Shown piece after piece: positions 48,274 to 59,205 of a stretch of DNA of 64,000 bases (within the stretch, counting starts at the first letter, position 1; the number at the start of each line of letters is the position of its first letter). The translations under genes and the position numbers were made by a program. The DNA lies in contig OU015568.1 in the NCBI GenBank assembly GCA_907165135.1, forward strand, positions 9,796,001 to 9,860,000, read 5' to 3'. The DNA is from Oikopleura dioica. Its lineage: Eukaryota > Animalia > Chordata. Under the pieces are notes generated by a model. That model had not been told where the DNA came from and made no database searches. It worked only from the letters and a program-made list of their open reading frames with translations.

Positions 48274-51200
48274 TTATAAACATCTATCAAGTTCTGGAAT
48301 AATGTCATTGACATTACAATTTTCTGATATGAATAACTTGTCGCTGTTGGTGGTGGATGATCACCGATCTATCTATACGTACTTGTTGTAGTCGTTGTTG
48401 TTGTTGTCGTCGTCGTAGTTGTAGTTGTCGTGGATGTTGTTGTCGTTGTCGTGGGAGCATCTGGAATTTCAGTGCAATAAATGTATGGATTCGATTCTGG
48501 CTTTGTTCCCGGGGCACCGCTATAGCAAATTCTGCAGTGAGGTTTTCCACAGTGGTTGCAACCAAGTCCCCGAAAGGATCAGAACCACTCCAGCATCGAG
48601 CATCATATTTTGTGCCTCCGCAATCGTCGCATGTGTACTCAGGTGGATCGACTGTAGTTGTTGTGGTGGTAGAAGTTGATGTTGAAGTGGTGGTAGTTGT
48701 AGGTGGTGTTGTTGGTCCTTCGGGAGCTTACAAAAATCAAATAGTAGTTCGAAATCAATTGTAAATTTTTAATCGAGAAACGGACTAGATAGCGCTGGAA
48801 CTATAAAAATGGTCAGCTTACTTGTTGTGGTTACTGTTGTTGTCGTTGAAGACACCGTGGTAGTTGTGCCTCCAGGTGCATCTGGAATTTGGAAACAATA
48901 AACATATGGATTATTGTCTGGCTTCGTTCCGGCTTCTCCATCGTAACATAGTCGGCACTTTGGAAGGCCGCAATGGTTGCAACCGAGTCCACCGAAAGGA
49001 TCGTCAACGCTACCTTCCCAGCATCGATAGTCATACTTGGTGTTACCGCATTCGTCACAAGAGTATTCTGGTGGCGGTGGCACAAAAGTAGTCGTTGTTG
49101 TAGTAACGGTTGTTGTAGTTGATGTTCCAGTTCCTAAATAAGATGTCGCGTAATGTGGTGTCATGGAATTTTTAACCTGTAGTCGTTGTTGGACCATTTG
49201 GGCCGTCAGGCCAGTATGGGATGTCCGAGCAGGGAATGTAAATAGAGTCATTAACGGATTCATCTTCATCACAAATTCTGCAATGAGATTTGCAGTGATG
49301 ACATCCGATTCCTCCGAATTCACATCTCGCATCGAAAAATGTGTTTCCACAGGGACACTCGTGCCAAGTAACTGGCGTAGTGGTTGTCGTAGTTGTTGTT
49401 GTCGTAGTGACTCCGGACATTTGAGCAAGTGTCCAGAATTTATCGGTACAGTCTCCACCAACGATGCCGTGAGCGACGCCGTTCTGAGCAACAAAAGCAC
49501 GATCGTCTGAAGCAGAAGCGCGGCACGTTATATTTTGATCTCCAATATGGAGAACAAGGTCGATGTATTCTTGCTCAGGAGTAGCGCCAGTTGAAGTAGC
49601 AAGAAGTGGATCTGAGTAGATAACGTAGATATCCCCCTGCCAGCTCATGCCATGAAGATGGTACGTTTCTCCGTTTTTAACCCAGGCACCGTAACCAGTT
49701 CCGTACTTCAAGTCTCCAGGAGTTCCCCATCGTTTGTCCACATTATTTTACCGTTGTTTATGCATCCCACATTATCATCACACGGAAGGTTCGGATCATA
49801 TCCTGGTCCAGAGAGAGTTAACTCTCCCATGTCAGGTGACCAGATCATCATGATACGGCTTTTCACCGAATTATCGCAAGCATATCCTCCGACGAATTCC
49901 GGAACCTCGTTGGTACATCCTGCAAATTCTCCGTAACCGTTCATCTGAGGCGCAGTTACTTGAGAGTATCCGCCGAGAGAATCATCATTTGTGATGTAAC
50001 TAGGAGCAACAGGGTAGCCACCTGATGCACCAAATTTAACATGACGAGGAGAGTTGAAAGAGACTTCTTCAAGTAGAATATGCACAAGGCAATAACCATG
50101 TTGTTTCATTCCAAGTCCGCAGTGTTGTGGCGCTTCTAAAGCTCCACCCCCACCATGCTGTTTCTGACCAGAAAATGTAGTGTTTTTAATTCGGAATACA
50201 TGATTCATTCCTGGAATAAGAGAATGGTGAAGATAGTCCTCGCTCAAGTAAAGACTGTCCTCAATGTGATAGGCGGTTGGATCAGCCATGTTTTTCGAGC
50301 GTTTCCAGTAGATGGCGCTGTTGACGTCGACTGATACAAATCTTCGGTAAGAGATATCGCGCGCGTCGTACTGGCCGCTGAAAATGTTGTGCCAGTCGAA
50401 CTGGTCATCAATGTAGCTCACGTGACCATTGTCGGACCCATCAGGTTTAAATCTGTTGCATGTCTTGAAATCATCAACATAACCGTCCTCATCACGTGAA
50501 AGTTGTCTTGGATGCTGGTTATCAGGGTAAACCCCGAATCGACCATTATCGTGGAAAGTATTTCGCTCGTAAATCCCGAATGGAGCACTTTGCGTGCAAA
50601 CTTTTCCGGCTGCTTGCCCCTTTCCATTTCCAGTGTTTCGAGTCCAATGACCGTGCTCATGTCCTGCTACGCGGTTTTCAATAGCGTTGTTTGTCATGCC
50701 AAACCAAAACAAGCCACCTTCTTTGACACCAGACTCTCCTTGCCACTGATGATGAGAGTATCGACAAATTGCAATATCTTCGCATAGCATGACGTTTCGT
50801 GTAAAGGTGTTGTTCATTTCATTCCCGTCTTCTGTGTATATTCCCACTGAGGCTGTGTTCCACATGACGTTCTCTTCGAGAAGCGACTGATGAGTACCGT
50901 GGATAACCATCGCTCCTTGAACAGCGTTGAAGACGGAGTTGCCGATCCATTTGCATCGAGGACATTGTTTTTTCAAATGAAAATGGAAACAGTATCGTCC
51001 CATTACGTCAAATTGGCCACAGTTTTGCGTTCTTACGTATCTAATATCGAATACAGAGTCATCATGGTTGTCAGCATTAAATGTTCCGAAATGAAATCCG
51101 TTATGCCAATCAGGGTGAGTTTGGTTCATGAAGTTCTCGTCGGGTCCGTGGATTTTGATATTTCGTGACAGATTAATGACTTCTGCAGCCATTTCTAGCA

Positions 51201-51888
51201 TGTATCCTTGAATATCTCGCATTCCTCCCCAATGAGTACTTGCTAGTGGTGTGTCAAGAGTAACAGTGCGTCCGTCAATTGCCGTGATAATGCCTCTAGA
51301 TCCTCGATCTCTGTTGGTCATGGCGACTGCGAGTTCATCACCAACTTTCCAGCCCATTGTCGTTGGATCATCTCGTAGTAAGAGCTCATTAGTGTCCTTA
51401 GCTGCATCGGTTGAAAGTAAAGTCCAAGTTCGGTCGAGTTTCCTTCCGTGCATGTAGACAGCAGTATTTTCTTCTGCTACGAAAAATCTGCTGCCGTAGT
51501 CATCGTGGAATCCAAATCCAGTCGAGTCGCTATTGATCGGATGCCAATCCGGGGTTGGTTTTCGAATATAAATTTCTGCATTATTTTCCATCGGGTCTGC
51601 CTCTGTTCCAAGCTCGAACGTTGCGCCCGGCTTGACCAGAACCCAACAACTGCTCAAGACAAGCCCATCTTTAGATGTGTCCCATTTGAAATCACCTTCA
51701 ATATCGAGTGTTCCAACGGTCATCGATTCATCAAGAATGTAAGTGTCTCCTGCTGGAAGAACACAAGCAGTGTCTGGACAACACGCTTGAGTAGAGTCAG
51801 CAACGCAATCTGGCTTTATAGAGCTCCACGTTACCGTCGCCCCAAATATGAGCTTGGCATTCAAGGCCCATTTTATAACCGAAACCAT
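48274..51888 (-). CDS. Secreted G8-domain/parallel beta-helix protein (CEMIP/TMEM2/PKHD1L1-like) with Thr-rich linkers and three Cys-rich GG(L/I)GC modules; two 1-nt frame breaks
   Basis: G8 region (GTLDIEG, FELGTEADP), AAEVINLSRNIKIHG, MGRYCFHFH, MVIHGTHQSLLEENV, IYTEDGNEMNNTFTRN; repeats C.CG....D.RC...GGLGC..C...CR.C...Y..C; 3' end approximate. Confidence 0.85.
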
Positions 51889-52268
51889 TGTCTAAAATAC
51901 CTGAAGTTAAATCGAACGTAAGCATGCTTATTTCTCTTGCTTGAGGTAATGTTGGAAAATTTCTCTCTTAAAAAGTCACTCGTGAATATGGCCCATTTTC
52001 AGCACCGACTTCTGATCCGTTAAGACAAAATAAGGTCATTGAATTGAAAATCTAAGACCTTTGAAATTCCGACTTATTCATGCGGTATAATTGATTCTGA
52101 CGAAATTCATAATTAGAAACGAAACAAAGTGATCGTAAAGCTTCTCTTTTAGTCGTCATGGTATTGACTTGAAAGCAATTGCCAATTTCCCACAACAAAA
52201 TGATAGAGATCTACGAAAGCTATATTAAAGACTGATGACAAAACAATTTTGTTTTCTCAGAATTATCT

Positions 52269-53608
52269 TCACCAGCCGCGGCAGGGCGAAATTTTCTTCG
52301 CGAACTTTCCTTCTTCAAAAAGACAATACTCAGGATGAAGAGCTGCAGTAAAACAACTGTGCGCTGGAGCAATTCGAATGAAGTCACCGACTTTGAAGCG
52401 TGTTCTTTTGGCATGATTTTAAAGCATGTCATAATAAATTTGGGGGTGAAAAAATTGGTTGTTGAAATCTTTCCTGAGGTCAAAGTCCCCAGATTTTAGT
52501 TTGAGCTTTCCGGCTTCTTGGCTCATTCCAGATATGAACATATCATCATTAGGCTAATAAATCTTAGAGTGTCCTTTCTATCAGAAAAATGCTACCGCTA
52601 GAACTTTTCCGAAATCGAGCTCGGGAGAATCCTTTGAAATTGCTAAAAATCCGGCGTCAATGACGATGTAGCTCTCGAACACAGAGTTAACTCGAGATAG
52701 AACGAAGGCGCCGATGTCGGCCTCTTTACAACTTCCTAGAGTTTCTTGGCAGTAGTCGTAGAAACAGTAGTTTCCAGGGTGTAGTTCGTCGAGCTCTCCG
52801 AATTCGTCTACGGGCTGTCCACAACCTGGAGTAGATCCAGTGCTACGAGAAGATAAAACCTACAAATACTGGTCTTGTACCCGATGAATATAGGCGCAGC
52901 ATCTTCGAATTGATCTTCCAAGTGATCTCTTAGTTTTTTCAGCTTGGCCACAGTTTCTTTGTTCATCTCTTCAATTTTCTCGACTGTCGAATCCTTATTC
53001 CTCAAATAAGTATGTCCGCAATGATTGTAAATGCCCATGAAGGTGAACCGATCTGGCGCTGCTAATAATCGTGAAAGTATTTTGGAAATTTTAGCTTCCT
53101 CTTCGACGTTGATTCCGCTTCGTTCATAGCCAGTGCTCACCTCGATTAGCACTTTCTAAAGTTTCGTCATCAAATTATCCAGTAATATCGCTGTTTACCC
53201 ATGGCTTGTTACAATCTTCCAAAATCTCGAGAACCTCAACAGTGTTCACCAAAATCGACACGTCTTTCTGCTCATGAATAGCCTTCACCCTCTTCAATTT
53301 GTCCTCAGTAATCGGTATCGCAAAGAGGATGTCATCAAAACCACCATTTGCGAAAAACTCTAGTTCTGCTAGAGTCGAGACTGAAATTTTCTTTTTACTT
53401 GGAGCCATCAATTCTCCAATTTCAAGCGTTTTGTGAGTTTTCATATGCGGACGCAAAACACAGTCATACTTTTTCGCCATGTCGATCATATTTTGACTTA
53501 ATTTTTTTTACAAAAAATGTCAAGTTGTATCTACCAATTTCGTTTGACAACATCTAAATCGACGATAAACGCAGGAGTTGATAAATCTTCAAAATTAAAC
53601 GCTTTCAT
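52269..53608 (-). CDS. D-serine dehydratase / D-threonine aldolase family PLP enzyme (fold type III)
   Basis: LSTPAFIVDLDVVKRN, VLRPHMKTHK, VSTLAE.EFF, LIEVSTGYERSG, GIYNHCGHTY, IDAG, RIAPAHSC.TAAL, terminal PCRGW*. Confidence 0.9.
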
Positions 53609-53710
53609 TTTTATCTCTTACGATCTTTCACCCAACATCAATATTTGCTAAAAAAAAGAAGATTCTGAGTCACGATTTATTGGCAATAAAAGCATAAAGA
53701 TTTTGTCGGT

Positions 53711-54828
53711 TTATTTCAAACTTTTCAGTTCTAAAACAAGAGGCCCTAGGGTCGTTTCAATATAATTCTTCATTGCTTCACAGGTTGGCCCAGTTTTCAA
53801 TTGAAAGTCTTCCAAGTTGCTATTCCAAAGTACTATTCCGTCTCCACCTCGGTCTTTTATGCCATAGAAAGCATGTTCAAGGTCATCTTTTGTGAGAAAC
53901 TCTGGTTTCATAGCAATGCTATGATATGATAGCATACTGTACTCGTTGATAATGAAACACTGGAGATGACAGTGTAAATTTGTCCCGAACACGGATTGCT
54001 TCGCCTGTTCTTGAGAACGTATACGCTGTGATGTTTGGAGAATTTTTTTGAGCAAGCGGAATATAACTTGAAGGAAAAATGGCGGTGGATTCATACCACA
54101 ACCAGTCGGTTTCGTCATCCTAGAAGATTTATACGATCAATATTTATCTTGAAAGTACCCATGTCACTGCTCTCCCATCACAGTTCATCTCTCCATTGAA
54201 TTGATTATGGCAATCAGGAAATCTATAATATCCCCACTTTCCTCCGGGTCTAAGCTTCTGACAAGTTTTCAATGTCTTCAGCATAAATTCTCTTGCAGCA
54301 TCATTGAAATCACGATGAGAATAATCTAACTGTTCATCTTCGGTCGCATTTGGATACATCTTCTTTGCTAGAAGAAGACTCTGGTCTCGATAGATTTGTC
54401 GACTGTCCCAGTTACGCTCCCAAAGTGGATCCCATTGCTCCCAGTCCAAAATTGCGATGCTGAAAGTCTCATTTTTCTGGTTTATATTTGACAATTTACC
54501 CATTGAACTCTTTATTTGGAATCATTTCGGTAACAACTCTAGCGACACTATCAAGGTGTCTATCCAAATCGCCAAGTTGTGGGAGCCCTCCATTGACAGC
54601 ATTACTATTTGCATCAAAGTAAGGCCACGTTCCAATCACATGCGAGTAGAGAATATTTACGACAGAGCCATTCCACGATTGATTCTCATTCGCTTCAATT
54701 CCGTATTTTTCCAATTGCAAGTCTATGCCATGCTTCGGACAGTTCTCTGAGGGGGTGTTCCAAAAAACTCGAAAAGACGGGTCTTCGATGGCTCCAAGGA
54801 ACCCAAAAAACTTTAGAATTTCTCTCAT
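53711..54828 (-). CDS. Hyaluronidase/chondroitinase, glycoside hydrolase family 56
   Basis: FRVFWNTPS..C, G.WPYF, VNGGLPQ, AILDWEQWDPLWERNW, RPGGKWGYYRFPDCHN, STAIFPS.Y, DGIVLW. Confidence 0.93.
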
Positions 54829-55062
54829 TCGAAAATGCAGTATCTAGTTATTTGCCGAGATTTCCTTCGATACGAGATGGTTTTGCTTGTTTAGATCTTA
54901 GCGTTGGTTGAGCGATTAACACCTGCATAAATCATGTAATATTGCTTCGACTGACGATGCTAGAGCATATACATATGATTTTATGTTAATATTTTTATTA
55001 AGATAACTATATTACCAATACAGTATTGGAACTTACAGAGGTGCTACTTTATTGTTTAACGG

Positions 55063-56498
55063 TTAATCAATCTCTGTGCCAGGATCATGAAGTCCCCAGT
55101 GTTCCAATTGACATTGAAGAGACCAAACACGGCAACAGATCCAGCACCATTCTGTATCACAAAATGGTGCCTGGCAGGTCATGTGGTTGCAGCCGGAAAT
55201 TTTCTCCGCTGGGGTTTGACAATCTGGGCATTTCTAAAAAAAGTTTTAACAGAAATCTTTTTCGGACCAACTTGTACCTTCATTTTTGCAATCAATGACT
55301 TAGAATTATCATTACTCGGTGCATTCGAACATTCGCCTTGATGAGCCTCTTCGTTACAATTAGCACAGAACTGGTAGTAGCAAACTGGGCAAGTTATAAT
55401 GCCGCCTTCTTTTGTCTCCACAAGAAATACACTTCCACAGCTTTGCTTTGGGCAAAAGAGCCTATTTTCTTGCTTGGAAAGGAAGAATTCTGTCGACATT
55501 GTTCCGTAGAGATCGTAAATTTCATCTCCAAAGAGTCGAAGAATCTGGGGTTTCCAGGTTTTATCAGGAACTGAATGACAGGCCGGACAGGCGAGCATCA
55601 CGCCGGAGGAATTGAAGGATAATGCTGGGCTTTTTCGTTCTTTGATTGAGTGTTCGGCGTAACGCTCGTAGCAGGGAAGACATGTGACGTGACAGGGCAG
55701 TCCAGATTTCTAAAAATGGAACTGAAATCAAGGAAGAAATTAAGCGTGTTTACCTGGAAAACAACGACGGGTTCTAGTCTTATTTCATCGAAACAAATGC
55801 AGCACAAATTTGAAGAACCGCCTCCTTGAAGCCGGATGTTCTCGGGAAGACGAAGTTGTGGAATGATGATTTGGTCACGATCGTGTTCTGTACAAATTGA
55901 ATTTTTCGAAGGATTTGGAACTTCGCAGGAGCATCTGGGCTTTGAAGAGATGAGGTAGCTTTGACATTGAGAGCAGGTGATTTTGGGATATGCAGGGGTT
56001 GGGCTTCGAGTGGTTTTGACGCATTCTTTGCAAATGGCGAAGTTGATTTCAGGAAAGTGAGGATGGTGCTCAACGGATTTGCCAAAGACAATCGAATTCA
56101 AATACTGAAAGAGTACGTTACAAATGGACATTTTGAGGGAAATCAAACGACATACTTTAAAAATCAGTACGGGGCAAGGTAATTTTACCGTTGAAAGGAT
56201 ATGTCCTCGAGATTCAGGCGGGAAGAGGATGAATTCAAAATGCTCCAAGGAGAAGAGATCGGATAGAACGGTCGTTGGAGTCAATTCGACTCCTGTAAGG
56301 ATGAGCCGTGAATCTGGTGCTTCTGAAAGATGTGTATGGGTGAAGAAGAAGGATCAAAAATGTGAACATACGGCACAAATCAAGAATATCTTTCACGGAA
56401 CAGTTTCGCTCAATTTCCAAATCGATCCTTTTCCCATTTTCTTTTTTCAGAAGCGAGCAAAGAACTCTCTCCCTAACCAACTTCCGCTCTTCATCCAT
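55063..56498 (-). CDS. PRKN: Parkin-like RBR E3 ubiquitin ligase (Ubl-RING0-RING1-IBR-RING2)
   Basis: Ubl SRLILTGVEL..TVLSD; RING0 FAICKEC..ITCSQC; RING1 CCIC..HVTCLPC..ACPAC..LRLFGDEIY; IBR FCPKQSCG..FCANCNEEAHQGEC; RING2 KCPDCQTPAEKISGCNHMTC..CDTEWCWICC..EHW. Confidence 0.85.
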
Positions 56499-56686
56499 CT
56501 CCACCTTTCTTCTCCAGACTCTCTTATCAGCAGCGATCGCCCATCAAGAGATTTCTGAGAATTCGACGTAGCGCCCACGATTTTCCCAAGTTGTGAGTCA
56601 CTCAGCTCCTCCCCGGGCGCTCGGACTTGAACTAAAAATGGAGAACAACTCGCCAAACTTGAGCCAGAAAGAGAAAAACGCCAGAA
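56499..56686. promoter_or_regulatory. Very short bidirectional promoter region between Parkin (-) and cyclophilin (+)
   Basis: Only about 190 bp between the inferred divergent ATGs; contains TGAGTCA (AP-1-type) at about 56594. Confidence 0.4.
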
Positions 56687-57469
56687 ATGAAGATTTTCAA
56701 GACCTTGGGACTTCTAGCTGCAGTTGCTGCTGAAAGTTATACAGTAAGAGGCCATAATTATCATGCAGTTGTAATAATTTACCAAAAAATGACGCTTTTA
56801 TTTTTTAATTCCTCACTTTCATCCTTAATTTCTTGTTTTTAGGTGACTGAGGAAGTAACATTCGTCATTTACAACCGCTGGAGAAAAGTGGGCGATATCA
56901 AAATTGGTCTCTTTGGCGAGGTAGTCCCGAAAACGGCCAAGAACTTTTGCAAACTCGCTTCAGGGTCAGCAAGAGTCGGAAAATACGCAGGGTAAATGTA
57001 CGTGGTGATAGATTTTACAGCACTCTGGCATTCTTACTAACATTCTCTTAAGATCCAAGTTCCACCGAGTGATCGAGAATTTCATGATCCAAGGCGGCGA
57101 TTTTACCCGACACAACGGACAAGGAGGCTACTCCATTTACGGGCGCACTTTTCCCGATGAGAGCTTCGCCATTCCTCACAGCACTGGAGTCGTTTCGATG
57201 GCCAACAGAGGCCCAGATACAAATTCGTCCCAGTTTTTCATCACTACTGTGAAAACATCCTGGCTGGATGGTAAACATGTTGTTTTCGGAAAAGGTTAGA
57301 ATTTTATTATTGTTCGCTTTTCTAGCCTTTTATAGTTGTCGACGGCTGGGATGTCGTGAAGACAGTGGAGCGCTATGGAAAATACGACACCTTCAGAATC
57401 GAAAGAGCAAGTTGCCGAGAAATTTTCAACGAAGATCAATACGAAATCGATATAAACGGCGAAGAGTAA
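56687..57469 (+). CDS. Secreted cyclophilin B/C-like PPIase, copy 1
   Basis: Signal peptide [15 protein letters not shown]; [61 protein letters not shown]. Confidence 0.92.
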
Positions 57470-57621
57470 CATCGTTTTCCCTAGTTTTTCTCCTTTTCCT
57501 CTTCTGTTCTTTATGCCCACTTTATTAACCTTTCATCTTTTGTTTTACACTAGAAAAGCTATCTAAACTGAGCAAAATATCTAAAACCCTCGATTCAGAA
57601 AACTCAAATAAACATTCAGAA

Positions 57622-58387
57622 ATGAAATTCCTGAAGTCTCTCTTTCTCGCTGGTTTGGCCAGCGCAAACCAATCTTTTCGAGTCACGAAAGAAGCAGTTT
57701 TCGACGTAACAATTGACGGTCAAACTGCCGGACAAGTCGTTATCGGTCTCTTTGGTGAGGATGTACCAAGAACTGTCGACAACTTTTGCCAGCTTTCTGC
57801 AGGTCATGAAGTTGGAACTTACGAAGGGTAAGTGCATCTAATCGTGTGCGAGAAAGCAAAATGACTTTAGGTCGACTTTCCATCGAATCATCAAAAACTT
57901 CATGATCCAGGGCGGTGATTTCACCCGTGGAGACGGAACAGGGGGCAAATCCATCTACGGGAACAAATTCGAAGACGAGAACTTCTCCATTCCTCATGCT
58001 ATTGGAATGATTTCAATGGCTAATGCAGGGCCAAACACAAATGGTTCACAGTTCTTCATCTGTACCGCTCCTACGCCTTGGCTCAATGGAAAACACGTGG
58101 TCTTTGGAAAAGGTTCTTTGATAAATAAATCATCTAAAACACTTGTTTCTTGATCAATTTTTCATGTTAAAACTGGTCATAGAAAGTCTAAAGGGGGCTT
58201 ACATTCAGTAGTTAAATGTTGATTCATCTTTTTAGTGAGTTCTGGATTCGACGTTGTAAAGTCAATGGAAGCTGTCGAGACTGGCGGTGCCAGAGGACGA
58301 GATTCGCCAAGAAAAGAAGTCAAAATCGCTAGATCTAGCTGCCGAGATCCAGACCATTCGTACACTCTTGACTCCAGCAACTTGTAA
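57622..58387 (+). CDS. Secreted cyclophilin B/C-like PPIase, copy 2
   Basis: Signal peptide [15 protein letters not shown]; [72 protein letters not shown]; same intron positions as copy 1. Confidence 0.93.
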
Positions 58388-58631
58388 ATTTCCTAACTCA
58401 GGTTCCATGACCAACTTCTTGATAGTTATAAATTGTGTATTTATAAATTTATCAGTGCAATATATTCAAGAGCTATCTTTTAGTAAGAAGCTCCATTCTA
58501 TAATTCATCTCAAATTTGTTCCTATTATTCTAACCCGATTTCTGTGACTCTATTTTTTCTGATGCCAACTGGTGTTCCAACTTTCCAAAGCCCATTTTTA
58601 ATGCATTTCTCAATTTCAGAATAAACTCGGG

Positions 58632-59051
58632 ATGGATTTGACTGATCCAAAAGTTAAAAACTCGGATAAACTTGAAATCTGTCGCAAGTTTTTCTTCGGC
58701 GGTTTCGCACTCCTGCCCTGGCTCTGGCTTGTCAACGGCGTTTGGTTCTTCCGAGAAGCGTATTTCAAAGAGCCCTTCGACGAGCAGATCAGAATTCGAA
58801 AGTAAGAAACCGAGTTATTAGGTATTTGCGGTATCTTAAATTTTAGATATGTAATGTACTCAATAATTGGCGCTACGGTTTGGATAGCGGGACTGACCGC
58901 CTGGAACTGCGTCTTTCAGATGAATCGTGCGTCTTGGGGTGCAACTGGCGACGTTTTATCAGGTAATATCCCCATCTCTATCCTTGCATGGTCAGTTATG
59001 CTGCATAACTTATGCTAATTTTTAGCCTACATTCCCGTCGGAATCCCATAG
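58632..59051 (+). CDS. PSENEN: Gamma-secretase subunit PEN-2
   Basis: [44 protein letters not shown]...[10 protein letters not shown]...[22 protein letters not shown]. Confidence 0.95.
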
Positions 59052-59205
59052 AATACCGCAAAAGAAGCTCAGCGTGACTCTTCATCAAAAAAATACTCAT
59101 TTTCAATGTCAAAACTTTCTTCTGTACAGAAAAATACTCGAGCCTTTAATTTCCCTCCAATAAACTCATTCCACATGAGCCTCAATAAGTTAAATTGCTG
59201 CTAGA

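Noticed and set aside
49180-51888. Long intronless exon as evidence of HGT for the G8 gene
   Set aside because: The native MRCK gene also has a 2.1-kb exon, so exon length is uninformative here.
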